A stretch of DNA of 64,000 nt, taken from NCBI RefSeq assembly GCF_020745735.1, contig NC_083435.1, positions 45,198,498 to 45,262,497 of the forward strand. Reading direction: 5' to 3'. Below are positions 23,761-37,069 of the stretch, one piece after another (position 1 is the first letter of the stretch; each line of letters opens with the position of its first letter). Both the position numbers and the translations under genes were made by a program. Below the pieces are notes generated by a model. It saw only the letters and a list, made by a program, of their open reading frames with translations, did no database searches and was not told where the DNA came from. This stretch comes from Hemiscyllium ocellatum (lineage: Eukaryota).

Positions 23761-24929
23761 TCTGTTTCTCAGCCTGATTTTTCACTTCATCTGAAGATAA
23801 TGGAATGAATTTTTTTTGGATTGTATTAATTAAACTGGTTTAAGATCCAAGGGTGTGTGGCCCTTGCCTGATTTTAAAAGTGAACATTCACTACATTGCC
23901 TTTTATTTTGCTTCTTGTATCTCCATAAGCAGTCCCTTGGCATCAAAGCTGACTTGATTCCTTTCTGATTCACTTGGGTTTGGGATGGCTGATAAGTCCA
24001 ATATGTCATCAGCAGACCTTGCCCAACATCTGGGACAGAAGGTGATAGAAGGGTCAGGTGGATTCGGTCTTTGGAGACAAACACAGAAAATGCTGGAGAA
24101 ACTCAGCTGGTCTGCAGCATCTGTGGAGACAGAAACAGAGTTAATGTTTCAGTCTAGTGACTCTTCTTGAAAACTGTTCTGTTGGAAGAACACTGAAAGA
24201 GAATATAACTTGGGGGCTAGAATTCTCAAGGGAGTGCAGGAGCAGAGTGACCTTGGTTTATATGTGCACCGATTATTGAAGGTGACAGGACAGGTGGACA
24301 GAGCAGCAAATAAAACAGAATATTCTCCAGCTTATTAATGGGCTTAGAGTAAAAGAGCAAGAAGGTGAAGGATGATTATTGGGATAGAACTAGTGTGCAG
24401 AGATATGAGGTGCAGAGAGAAGATTAGCATTAGACGATAGAACCAATGAAAACTTGATGGCCACCTACACCACAAGAATTCAGTGATTCTGTGATTTTCT
24501 TGCTCCTTACACTCCTTCAGCTTCGGTGGTAATGTTTTTGGACATGCACATGGATAGCAGTGAGTTGAGGGGTGCGTAGGCTAAGTTATTATATTTTACA
24601 TTAGGATTAAACCTCAGCACAATATCATGGGCCAAAGGGCCTGTTCTGTGCTGTATTTTTCTATGTTCATGGGTGCATTGACATCCTGTTTTCCACTCTT
24701 CTCCTGTCAGGGTGGAGATGAAGCTTGCTTGTTTTATCCAACAAGGAGAATTTCACTTTATGGTCTGCCCTGTCTTCCCTCTTTGATTTAAAGCATTGTA
24801 ATAAAAATTTTAATGACACTCAATCATAACAGATCCACAGATATTCTTTCCCCTAACCTACCTTTATTTGCTCTCCTCCCACAGCATTCAGACTTTCAAA
24901 ACGAAATAATTGCACTGGCAAATTAGTGC

Positions 24930-27900
24930 TTCCTGATTTACTAGATTTACTACAATGACACCAGGAATGAGGGACTTTAGATGGAAGGAAAGATTCGAGA
25001 AATTGAGCTTATTTGCCTTGGAGCAGAGAAGATTATGAAGGTACTCACAATTACGAACAATGTTACAGGATAAAGAAGGATATTCTGTTTCCACTAGTTG
25101 TTACATCATAAGTAGGGGAAACACAATATCATGATTGCCTGCAAGAGAGCTAAACGTGAGGTGAGGAGCAACTTCTTTACTCAGAGAGATGGTAGAATTT
25201 GGAATGCGCTGTCTGGGAGAGTGGTGGAGGCAAATTCCAAGGAGATTTCAGAAGAGAGCTGGATATATAGTTGAAAGTGATGGATTTAGAGGGTGACAGA
25301 GATAAGACTGGAGAATGGGATTACCTGGGTACCTGTTTTGGGAGCCGGTGCAGCACAATGGCCTCCTACTGCACTGAGAATTCGACAGTTCTGTGATATA
25401 CCTTTGTTTTTATAAAACCATTTCTCGCCTTCTGTTTACATTCAATATTTTGCTTTTAATAGGTCATCCATTTGAAACCCCAGAAATTCTGAATTCCGCC
25501 GTGAGCAATATCATCTGTTCAATCATTTTGGAGACCATTTTGAATATGACGAGAAATTATTTATCAGCCTAATGGACATGAATAATGAAGTCACTAGATT
25601 GTTTGGAACAGCTTCAGTATATGTAATTATCTGTTTCTTTCGTGGGAAAGTGGGCAGTTTCAATCACTTGCAAGTTTTTATGCACAATTTGTCTCTTAAC
25701 TGAGATGAGTCTTGAATATTTTTTTCAGTGACATTTCTTTAAAGAGCATCGATCAAATCCCATATGAGCATTTTCAAATGTAGTGCTCAAGGAATATTTC
25801 ACCTAGGGATAATGCTGAAATTATAACTATTGTTCTGGTGTTGCTGATATCTTTTGGAATCAAGAATTTGATAGAATCTAAGAATGGTCATAGCAAAGAG
25901 GGAAGCCACTCAGCTGTGTGTTAACTTTGCAAACAAGCAATTCATCTTGTGCCACCATTCCCCCCCCCCCCCAACCCCCCGCCTTCTCCCTTGAGCAGAA
26001 TGTTTTATTTTTTCAACGATCATCCAATTCCCCCTTGAATGTCTTGTGAATCTGCCTCAACCAGTTTCTCTGGCAGTTATTCCAGATCCTCACCACTCAC
26101 AATGTAGAGGGGTTTCTTCTCAGGTCACCATTGATTCATCATCAATTCCCTTACATCTGAGCTCTCTGGTGTTTCATCCATCCATTCACCAATAGAAACA
26201 GTTTCTCCCTGCCTACTCTGTCCAGACCTCTCACATCTCCCCTCAACCTCTTCTCCAAGGGAACAGTCCCAGCTTTCCACACACTGTCTGAATGTGAAGT
26301 TCCTCATCCCTGGAATCACTGTCTTGAATCTTTTCTGTACTGTTTCTAATAACTTTACATCCTTCTCAAAGAGTGGTGCCCACAGCAAAGAATCAAGTAC
26401 CCATCCCTCGGCATAGAAAATTATTTAGATTTGTGATGGTCCAACAGGTGGTTATATTTAAGATGCTGATATCAATTCACTGCCAACTGCTGCTGTTGAA
26501 GATCATTTTGCCACCGTTTGTACTTAAGGGTGTCCCTGGTGATAGTCTCACGGAGCCAGAGAGGGAAAGGACACAATCACAGCTTTCAACACGACCTTTT
26601 TATGTGGAGCTAGGATTTTTTTTTTCCCTGGAGCATCTAAGGCTTAGGGGTGACTTTACAGAGATTTGGAAAATCATGAAGGGCATGGATATGGTGAATA
26701 ATCAAGGTCCTGTTCCTAGGATGGGGAAGTCTAAACCCAAATGGCATAGGTTTAAAGTGAAAGGGAAAAGATTTAAAAGGGATCTGAGAGGCACCTTTTT
26801 CACACAGAAGGTGGTGCGTGTAAGGAAAAGCTGCCAGAGGAAGTGGTAAAGATTAATACAATTGCAACATTTAAAAGACATCTGGATGGATGCACGAATA
26901 GGAAGTGTTTTGAGAGATATGGGTTAAATGCTAAATTCTAATGGATCTATAGAAAATCTGGTTGGCATGGATAAGTTGAAGCAAAAGAACCATGTCTGTG
27001 CTGTATGACTCTATGACTGTCCCCCATGGTGAATTCCTGTGGCAGCTCAGTTCACAATTCTCCTCACTGAATTCATAGATAGAATGGAACTGGACTCTGA
27101 AACACATCCCATAATTCGGGAGATCCTTTTGTTCCATTTTAACATATCTCCTCATTAATAATGCAGTGGGTTTGTGTGTCACAGAATGACAGAATTGTTA
27201 CAGTGCAGATCGAGGCCATTCAGCCCAATATGCCTGCAACAGCTCTTCAAATCATAATCTGTCAAGATGCCTCTTAAACATTGCTAATGAATCTGCCTCA
27301 ACCACAACCAGCTCCTCTAACAGTGCATTCTAAGTCCTTATGACCCTCTGCATAAAAGATTTGCATCTTACATCTCCTTTAAAATTAACCTCTTTTACCT
27401 TAAGTTATGTCCATTAGTAATTGACATTTCTACCCTGGAAAAATCCATTCCATCCATGCCTCTCATAAGTTTGTAAACTGCTGTCAGGTTGTCTCTCATA
27501 CTTCAACATTCAAGTGAAAACAAACAAAGTCTGCCCAATCTTTCTTCATTGCTACTACCTTCCAAGCCTCACTGAAGTGTTATACATTTGCGACATGAAT
27601 TGCCAATTTTCATACTCTGTTCCCCAACTGATGAAGGGGAGCATGTCATATGTCTTCTGGACCAGCGTATCCAATTGTGTTGCCACTTCCAGGGAAGTGT
27701 GCACCTGTACCCCTAGACTCTCTGTATGTTGATGTTACTAAGGGTTCTGCCATTTACTGTATACTTTCCTTCTGCATTAGAACATAGAATATTACAGCAC
27801 AGTACAGGCCCTTCGGCCTTTGAGAATGTGCCAACCTGTGGAACCAATCTGAAGCCCATCTAACCGACACTATTTCATTTTCATCCATTTGTTTATCCAA

Positions 27901-28610
27901 TGACCATTTAAATGCCCTTAAAGTTGGCAGGTCTACTACTGTTGCAGCAGTGCATTCTATGCTCCTACTATTCTCTGAGTAAAGAAACTACCTCTGACAT
28001 CTGTCCTATAACTTTAAACTGAGGAGTGATAGATATGTCCCCTAGTGCTATCCATAACCATCCAAGAAAAAGGCTCTCGCTATCCAACGTATCTAACCCT
28101 CTGATCGTCTTATATGTCTCAGTTAAATCACCTCTCAATCTTCTTCTCTCTAACGAAAATGGCCTCACGTCCTTCAGCCTTTCCTCATACTAGGCAACAT
28201 CCTAGCAAATCTCCTCTGAACCCTTTCCAAAGCTTCCACATCCTTCCTATAATGCAGTGACCAGAACTGTACGCAATACTCCCAGTGCAGCTGCACCAGA
28301 GTTTTGTACAGCTACATGACCTCATGGCTCTGAAACTCAATCCCTCAACCAATAAAAGCTAACACACCATATATCTTCTTAACAACCCTATCAATCTGGG
28401 TAGCAACTTTCAGGGATCTATGTACATGGACACTGAGATATCTCTGCTCATCTGCACTCACAAGAATCTTACCATTAGCCCAGTATTCTTTATTCCTATT
28501 GTTCCTTCCAAAGTGAATCATTACACTTTTCCACATTCAACTCCATTTGCCATCTCTCAGCCCAGCTCTGCAGCTATTATATATCCCTCTGTAACCTGCA
28601 ACATATTTCC
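24930..28610. mobile_element. Cluster of CR1-type LINE 3' fragments on both strands (approx. 24930-25400 +, 25870-26400 -, 26600-27020 +, 27180-28610 -)
   Basis: Repeated FSLE.RRLRGDL.E.YK, RDLRG.FFTQ.VV and HFGRNN..Y motifs. Confidence 0.8.
25463..25622 (+). pseudogene. CYP2-family pseudogene, exon 4 (1-nt deletion)
   Basis: tag|GHPFETPEILNSAVSNIICSII-(-1)-GDHFEYDEKLFISLMDMNNEVTRLFGTASVY|gtaatt. AVSNIICSI.FG..F.Y.D motif; 160 nt versus the usual 161. Confidence 0.92.
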
Positions 28611-29404
28611 CCCCCAGCAGATACTGTGGCTCACCCTTCAAGCAGTGAAGGTAGATGCTAGGGCTCCTTGTGAAGAAAATGTGGTATTTCTATCAGTCTG
28701 TTCTGTTATTATATCAGATAGCCCTCATGGTTGAAGAAAAGGAAGACCAATTTGCAGCTCAAACCATTCATTGTAGCTGACATTTTTTTTCTCAATGCTC
28801 TCAGTGTGATAATTAGTAAATATGTTGAAAATGTGTAATGAAATCTCTGAATTTCGCGTACAATATTGATCATTCATGAGTACCTCAAGGACCCATCATC
28901 TCTTAAAGTAATCTAATCTACCCAAGATCTCCATAGTGTGCTCCTTTAGCACAGCTGTGATATCATCCCTGACCAGCAATGCAACTCCATCCCCCTTTTA
29001 CTTCCCTCCATGTCCTGTCTGAAGCGTCTCTATCCTGGAACATTTAGTTGCCAATCATTATGCCCTTCCTTCAACCAAGTCTCTGTGATTGCAATAAAGT
29101 CATACTCCCACGCACCAGTCCAAGCTCTAAGTTCACTCTGCCTTACACACTATATTTCTTGCATTAAAGTAGATGCATTTCAGGCCACCAGTTCTTTTGG
29201 ACTTGTCTGCTGTCTGCCTACTCTTCCCTTTATTAAAGCTATCTTCATAATTTTTAACAGTCTCCAGTCCCCACCTCACTGCCTACTTGCTTTCTCTTCT
29301 GGTTCCCAGCCCCCTGCTATATTAGTTTAAAACCTCCCCAACAGCAGTAGCAAAAACTCTCCCAAGGACATTGGTTCCGGTCTGGTTCAGATGTAGACCG
29401 TCCA

Positions 29405-29892
29405 TTTGGGTTGGAGGGTTATATCCAGAATAAGGTGGGGGGAAAGGAAATGAGGAAACTGGTGAAATCGGCGTTGATCCCGTGTGGTTGGAGGGTCCGA
29501 AGGTGGAAGATGAGGTGTTCTTCCTCCAGGCTTGGATTTGGTAATGGAGGAGGCCCAGGCAGAGTGGGAGGGGGAGTCGAAGTGTTTGGCCACAGGGCAG
29601 TGGGGTTGTTTAATGTGTGTGTCCCAGAGATGTTCTCCGAAATGTTCCGCACATCGGCAGCGTGTCTCCCCAATGCAGAGGAGACCACATCTGGTGCAAC
29701 GGACACGGTAGATGACGTGTGTGGAAGTACAGGTAAATCTATCAGATGTGGAAGGCTCCTTTGGGGCCTTGGACAGAGGTGAGGAGGAAGGTATGGGCAC
29801 AGGCTTTGCACTTCCTGCAGTTTCAGGGGAAGGTGCTAGGAGTAGAGGGTGGGTTGGTGAGGAGCATGGACCTAACAAGAGAGTCGCTGAGA
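29405..29892 (-). mobile_element. Penelope-like GIY-YIG endonuclease fragment
   Basis: FTCTSTHVIYRVRCTRCGLLCIGETR..EHL..PVAKHF and HLIFHLRTLQPHGIN. Confidence 0.88.
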
Positions 29893-29894
29893 GA

Positions 29895-30205
29895 CTCAAT
29901 CTTCCTTCCCACCTATCCGCTCCACCCTCCTCTCAGACCTATGACTATCACTCACCCATCTTCATCTACCTATCGTATTCCCAACTACCTTCGCCCCCAG
30001 CCCCACCCCAACCATTTATCTCTCAGCTCCCTTGGGCCACAACTTCACTCCTGATGAAGAGTGATCTTTATCTTATGCAGCACTATTTTGTGCAGGACTT
30101 TGTCGAATTCCTTTTGTTAATCGAAATATACCACATCTACTGATTCAAAACATTGACCCTCATGCGCCTTGGATGCTGCCTGACCAGCTGTGCATTTCCA
30201 GAAGC
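29895..30205 (+). mobile_element. PLE 3' terminal region in opposite orientation; hammerhead interrupted by a short LINE piece
   Basis: C/T-rich PLE 3' region ends in ctcctgatgaagag at ~30060; the family tail resumes at ~30145. Confidence 0.6.
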
Positions 30206-30364
30206 ATCTGGAATATCATGAGTTATACAGCACAAAAACAGATCCTTCAGTCCAACTCGTCCATGCTTGGTAAAAGCAAGGACTGCAGATGCTGGAAACC
30301 AGATTCCAGATTAGAGTGGTGCTGGAAAAGCACAGTAGTTCAGGCAGCATCTGAGAAACAGGAA

Positions 30365-30400
30365 AATTGACGTTTCGGGCAAAAGCCCTTCATCAGGAAT
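30365..30400 (-). ncRNA. Minimal type-I hammerhead motif with intact catalytic core (in PLE-end repeat 30270-30400)
   Basis: attc-CTGATGA-a-GGGC-tttt-GCCC-GAAA-CGTC-aatt, with canonical GUC triplet and a weak stem I. Confidence 0.65.
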
Positions 30401-30926
30401 AGAGCCATGCTAAACAAATTACCCAAACTAAACTAGTCTCACTTGCCTGCATTTGGCCCATAACCTCCTAAACCATTTCTCTTCATGTACCAGTCCAAAT
30501 GTCTTTTAATTATTGTAATTGCATCTGCTACTTCCTCTGGCATTTCATTCCACATACAAACAACCCTCTGTGTGAAAAAGTTGTTCCTCAGATAACTGTG
30601 TGACAGTTTTACTCTTATTTAAGGAAGGACTTAAATGTCTTAGTGGCTGTTCAGAAAAGGTTTGCTTTACTGATATCTGAGATAGGAAGGTTGTCCTATG
30701 GGGAAGCATTGGTCCGAATTAGCCTATATCCATTGAGTTTAGAAGAATGAGATGTGACATTATTGAGACACGCTGGATAGACTGAACGCTGAAAGAATGT
30801 TTCCACTTGTGAGACAGAGTAAAACTAGAGGACCCAGTTTAAAATTAATTGCTCTCGCATTTTAGACAGAATTGATGGCAAATTGTTTTCTCTCAGTTGG
30901 GTCGTGAGGCTTTGAAATTCTGTTCC

Positions 30927-33900
30927 TAAGAACTCTGGGCAGGAACTGGCCATCTGGCCCTTTGAGCCCACTCTGCCATTCAGTATGATCATGGCAGATC
31001 TTTTCATGTCCTCAGCTCAACCTACCTGCCCTCTCTCCATAACCCTTAGTTCCTTTACTGTTCAAACAAATATCTATCATAGCTTTAAAAACATTTACTG
31101 AGGAAGCCTCAACTCCTTCACTGGGCAGGGATTTCCAGAGATTCACAACCCTTTGGGTGAAGAAGTTCCTTCTCAATTCAGTCCTAAAACTGGCCCCCCC
31201 CCTAATTATCAGGCTATGCCCTCCAGTCCTAGTTTCAACCACCATTGGACACATTCACTCAACCTCTATCTTATCTATTCCCACCATAATTTTACATGTA
31301 TTTAATAAGGTTCCCCCCTCATTCTTCTAAATTCCAATGAATTTAATCCCACTCTACTCAATCTGTGCTCGGAAGCCAACCCTCTCCACTCCAGAATCAA
31401 CCTAGTGACCCTGCTCTGCACCCCCTCCAGTGCCAGTACATCATTTCTCAAGTACAGAGACTAAAACTGCACATAGTACTCCAGGTGTGGCCTCACCAGC
31501 ATCCTATATAGCTGCAGCATACTCTCCCTGCTTTTGAACTCAATCCCTTTAGCAATGAAGGACAAAACTCCATTTCCCTTTTTAATTACCTGTGCACCTG
31601 CAGACTAACCTTCTGTGATTCATGTACAAGAACACCCAGGTCCCTCTGCACAACAATTTTTACCATTCAAATAATAGTCCTTTTTGCTGTTATTCCTACC
31701 AAGATGGATGACTTTGCATTTATTAATATTGTACTCTATCTGCCAGATCTTTGCCCACTCACTTAAAGTATCTACATCCCACTGCAAAGTTTCACAGTAC
31801 TCTGCACACTGTGCTCTACCACTCATCTTAGTGTCATCTGCAAAATTTGACATGCTACATATGATCCCAACTCCAAATTATCTATGTAAATTGTGAATAA
31901 TTTCAGTCACGCCACTGATTCCTGAGGCACACCACTTGTCACCGATTGTCAGAAAAGCAGTCATTTATTCCCGCTTTTTGCTTCCTGTTAGTTAACCAAT
32001 TCTCTACCCGTGCTAATACATGACCCATAATGCCATGCATCTTTATCTTATGCAGCAGCCTTTTGTGCAGCACTTTGTTGAATGTTTTTTGGTAATCCAG
32101 ATCTACCACATCTACTGATTCCCTGTTGTCCACCGTGTTCATAATGTTCCAATTGAATTCCAGGAGATTAGTTAAGCATGACTTGCCTTTCATGAACCCA
32201 TGCTGCTTTTGCCCAATGGGACAATTTCTATCTAGATGACTTGCTGTTCTTTCCTTGATAATAGATTCAAGCATTTTCCCCACCATAAGTTAAGCTAATC
32301 AACCTATAATTCCCCATCATTTGTCTGCCTCCTTTTTGAAACAGTGTCGTCACATTTGCTGTTTTCCAATCTGCTGGAACTGCACCAGAGTCCAGTGATT
32401 TTTGGAAAACGTCCGCAAGTGCATTTGCTATTTCCCATTTCATTTAGTACCCTGGGATGCATTCCATCAGAGCTGGGAGACTTGTCCACATTTAGCTCTA
32501 TCACTTGTCCAACACTACCTCTTTCCTGATAATTATTGATTCCAGGTCCTCACTTGCCTTCGTCTCCTTGTCAGTATCTGGCATGTTATTCGTGTCCTCC
32601 ACTGTGAAAACCGACACAAAATACCTGTTCAATGTCTCAGCCATTACCTCATATCCTATTACTAAATCCCCCTTCTCACCCTGTGAAGGACCAATGTTTA
32701 CCCTAGCCACTCTTTTTCATTTTACATATGTATAGAAGCTTTTGCTACCTGTCTTTATATTCTGAGTTATAGTCTTCTCTCATAATCTAGCTCACTTTTC
32801 TTCATCAATATTTTTGTGGTTTTAATCTTCTAATTTCCTGTGGGTCTTTGCCATTTTGTGTGCTTTCTCTTTCAGTTTGATAGCATCCCTTAATTCCTTT
32901 GACATTCATAGCAGATTACCCCTTTTTCTACTGTCCTTCCTTTTCACTGGTGTATGCTTTTGCTGAGCATTTTGAAAAGTGGCTGTGGAAGTCATCCACT
33001 GTTCATCAACTGTCCCACCATAAAGTGTTTGCTTCCAGTCTATTTTAGCCAACTCTTTCCTCATCCTATTGTAGTGTCCTTTGTTAAATCACAGGACTCT
33101 CAGATTGGATTTTATTTTTGCACATTCCATCTGCATTGTAAGTTCAACCAAACTGTGATCACTCCTTCCAAGAGGATCCCAAACTATGTGCTCATTAATT
33201 ATTCCTGTCTCAGTATACAGGACCAGATCTAGGATAGCTTGCTCCCTCGTCGGTTCCATTACATACTGTTCAAGAAAACTATCGCAGATACATACAATGA
33301 ACTCCTCCTCAAGGCTACCCTGCCAGACCTGGTTCGACCAATTAACATGTAGATTAAAATGTTATTTTAATTATCATACCATTTTTACACACACTAATTA
33401 TTTCTTTGTTTATTGCCCACTCAAATGTGATGTTATTATTTGGTGCCCTATCAGTGACTTTTCTTTCTTAGAATTTCTAATTTCCACCCAAATGGATTCA
33501 ACCTTATTCTCCATAGAACCTATGTCATCTCTCATCACCACCCTGATGTCATCCTTAAATATCAGAGCTGCACCATTTCCCTCACCCTCCAATCTGTCCT
33601 TCCAAATAGTCTGATACCCCTGGATGTTTAACTCCCAGTCATGGCCATTCAGCAACCATGTCTCTGTAATGACTAGTAAATTATGTTCATTCTCAATGAT
33701 TTGTGCCGTTAACTCATCAACCTTGTTTCAAATGCTACAAGCATTCAGGTAAAGTGCCATTATGAACTTTTTTATAACCTCTTTATGAATTCTAGCAGCT
33801 CCATTATTCATATCTCCTGAGTTCTCCTTCCTTTTAACTTTTTAAATACTCTGCAGTGTAATCAAACCCTGCAACACACATGCTAACCTGCTGCTTTCCT

Positions 33901-35170
33901 TTCTATTTACCATCACACTTTATGTTGTTATCCCCTTCCCTTCTCGTCAATCTCTCGTGACCACCCTATTTATTCTTTTTGCTAGAACACTGGTTCCAGA
34001 TCAGTTCAACTGGACACTATCCCATTGGTATAGATCCCTCAAGTTCCAAAACTGATGTCAATGCCCGATGAAATGGAACCCCTCTTTCCCACACCACTCA
34101 AATATCCACATGTTTACTTCCCTAATTTTCCTAAACCAATTTTCACATGGCTCTGGTAGTAATCCAGAGATTATAACCCTTGAGGACCTTTTAATTTGGT
34201 CCCCAGCTCCTGATAATCCCTGAACAAGTCCTCTTTCCCAGTCATGCCTATGTTGTTCATCCTGACATTGACCACAACTGGATCCTCCCCCTCCTGCTCC
34301 AATATTCTTTCAAGCCAGTCACACATGTCCTACACCCTGGCACCAGACAGGCAACATACCATCTTGATCCTGCTTCCAAAGGATACAATCTCTCCCTCTA
34401 ATTTAAAAAAAACCCACAACTACCATTTGTCTTTTCTCTCCCTCGTTTTGAATGGTCTCCTGTGCCACAGTCAGCTGGCACATCCTCCCTGTGGCTCTGT
34501 TCCTCATCACGCAGGGAGCAAGTACCTCATACCTATTGTTCAAGGTCAAGAGCTGAGGCTCCTCTACCTGGATCCCTTTACTGTGTCACTTGCAATCACA
34601 CCTCACTATCCCTGGCCACTGACCGAATTTGTGATACTCAATCTACGAGGTGTGAGTGTCTACTAAAACAAAGTGTCCAGGTAACTCTCCCCCTCCGGAT
34701 GTGTTGCAGTGTTTGAAGCTCAGATTCCACATCACCTGCTGCAGACATGGACACTGCATTTCGCAATGGGATCAGCCAGCTCCCACAACATACAGCTACA
34801 GCACATCACCTGCCCAGCCATCTCTATTTAATTAATTAAATTATTAGTTAGTTAATTCCTGATAGCTAATCTAGTTCGTTTTGGAGTGTCTATTTTTTTC
34901 AAATCCTAAACAGATTTCCTATCAGTCAATCAGGTCACAGCTCTCCTGGAACATCAGTTTGGTTTCACTTACACCCTAAGTTAAATGAGTTATGTACTTA
35001 CAGCTCTGTTCTGCCATCTGACTCTGAAAACAAGGCCTTACCCACTCCTTGACGCCAGGCCCTCAATGATCCATTCTTCAGTGCACACCGAAAACTCTCG
35101 AGCAAGCACCTCAGAACTTCCACGCTAATTCTGTTCACTCTGTCCAGTTAACGGCTGCTCCCTTGTACAC
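30927..35170 (-). mobile_element. Near-full-length degenerate CR1-type LINE (ORF1 plus APE/RT ORF2)
   Basis: ORF1 start MAGQVMCCSCMLWE at 34821; APE WELNIQGY..DR..G.G.AL; RT QHGFMKGKSCLTNL and FADDTK; CR1 3' end. Confidence 0.9.
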
Positions 35171-35574
35171 CTTTATCTCCATCAGCAGCGGAGGCTGGGT
35201 CATTGAAGTTTAAGGCAGAGGCATGTGTGGGAATGTGCCGTTGACGCTATAAGCTGTTCACCGAGGCTCGTACTGAATAGCGGAGCAGGTTGAGGGAACG
35301 AATATCCCACTCCTGCTCCTAATTTATATGGTTGCGTGCAGTTTGCCCTCTTTAACACCAGTGAATACAAAGCAGAATCTTTCTGACTGCTTTCTTGAGC
35401 TAATGAATGTGAGTTTTGCTCTGTTACTATCATAAAGATACAAGAAAGCTCATTCGACTCCAGAACACCTCTCCTGACATGAAGATGCAGTTCCGGCAGC
35501 ACTGATAAATTCATTTGAAATAATTGACTTTTGTTTGAAACATAAATCCAGAGAGTCAAAGTGGATTTTAATTC

Positions 35575-36280
35575 ATAAGAACATAAGGCGCAGGAGTACG
35601 TCATCTGGCCCTTAGACCCTGCTCCTCCATTCAATAGGATCATGGCTGATCTTTTCACGGCCTTAGCTCTACTTATTCACCCTCTCACCATAATCCTTAT
35701 TTCCCTTACTGTTCAAAACCTTATATCTTAGCTCTAAAAGCATTCTCTGAGAAAGCATCAACTACTTCACTGGGCAAGGAATTCCAGAGATTCACAACTC
35801 TTTGGGTGAAGACATTCCTCTTCAATTCTGACCTAAATCTGCACCCCCTAAGTTGAGGCTCTGCCCTCTTGTTCTAGTTTCACCCACCAGTGGAAAATGC
35901 TCCCTGCTTCTACCTTATTTATCCCTTTCATAATTGTATATGTTTTGATAAGATTCTCCCTCATTCTTCTAAATTCCAGTGAATATGATCCTAGTTTACT
36001 CAGTCTGTCCTCATAAACCAACCCTCTCAACTCTAGAATTGACCTGGTGAACCTCCTCTGCACATCCTCTAGTGCCGTTCTAAAGTAAGGAGACCAAAAC
36101 TGCATGTAGTGGCCTCATCAGCACCCTATACAGCTGCAACATAACCTCCTTGCTTTTAAACTCAATCCCTCTAGCAGTAAAGGACAAAATGTCATTTTCC
36201 TTCTTATTTACTTGTTGTACCTGCAAACCAATTCATGCACAAGGACACCCAGACCCTCTCCACAGCAGCATGCTGCAATT
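35575..36280 (-). mobile_element. CR1-type LINE 3' fragment (same family as 30927-35170)
   Basis: QFWSPY..ALEDVQRRFTR, cataagaacataag tail. Confidence 0.85.
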
Positions 36281-36433
36281 CTTTGGTGAGTTGCAGACAT
36301 CAGCAATACCACTGTACCTGTTATTACAGATCATGGCTGATGGTAGCTACTTGGGGAACAGTTTGTAGACTGTGAAATGACTGGCTGTGTGAGAGTGTTT
36401 GTGTTGCACTGACAATCCACTGTTGTTTCTCAG

Positions 36434-36607
36434 GTAGGAAAGTCTGTGCTGGTGAGGCACTTGCAAAGACCAAGCTCTTCCTGTCCTTCACCAACCTGTT
36501 GCAGAAATTTCACATCCGAGCTCCAGCTGGGATGACAACCGTGGACCTGGCACCACAAATCAATGCTGACCCCAAAACCTCACCAGATATGCGCTGTGCT
36601 TAGCTGA
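36434..36607 (+). pseudogene. CYP2-family pseudogene, last exon (exon 9) with heme-binding Cys
   Basis: cag|GRKVCAGEALAKTKLFLSFTNLLQKFHI..DLAP, then frameshifted PKPHQICAVLS*. Matches GxRxCxGE.LA..ELFLF...LLQ.F. Confidence 0.92.
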
Positions 36608-37069
36608 CGGCCAGTGCCGAAACCCTCCAGATAGAGTCCTGGAGTCATACAACACAGAAACAGGCCCTCTGATCCAACTGGTCCATGCTGATCAGGTTTC
36701 CTTAACTGACCTAGTCCCATTTTCCTGCGTTTTTTCCATGTTCTTCAAAATCTTTCCTAGCCATGTACCTATACAAATGTCTTTTGAATGTTGTAATTGT
36801 ATCTGCATTTACCACTTCTTCTGGCACCATCCACTGTGAGAAAAAGTTTGAGTTTGATTTATTGTTGTCTCCTCTACCAAGCTACAAAGTGTTGTTTTAT
36901 GTGCTACACAGATAGATCATACCATACAAAGTGTATCAGGGGAGCAGAACAGAGTGCAGAATACAGCATTACAGCCACAGAGAAGGTGCAGAAAGATCAG
37001 AATGAACACTTGAGGGGTCTGTTCAAAAGTCTAATAACAGCGGGGAAGAAGCTGTTCTTGAGTGTGTTA

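Noticed and set aside
26373-26849. 158-aa ORF and similar 100-170 aa ORFs (7327-7746, 35200-35658, 34244-34666)
   Set aside because: Chimeric read-through of LINE/SINE fragments or antisense frames; not host genes.
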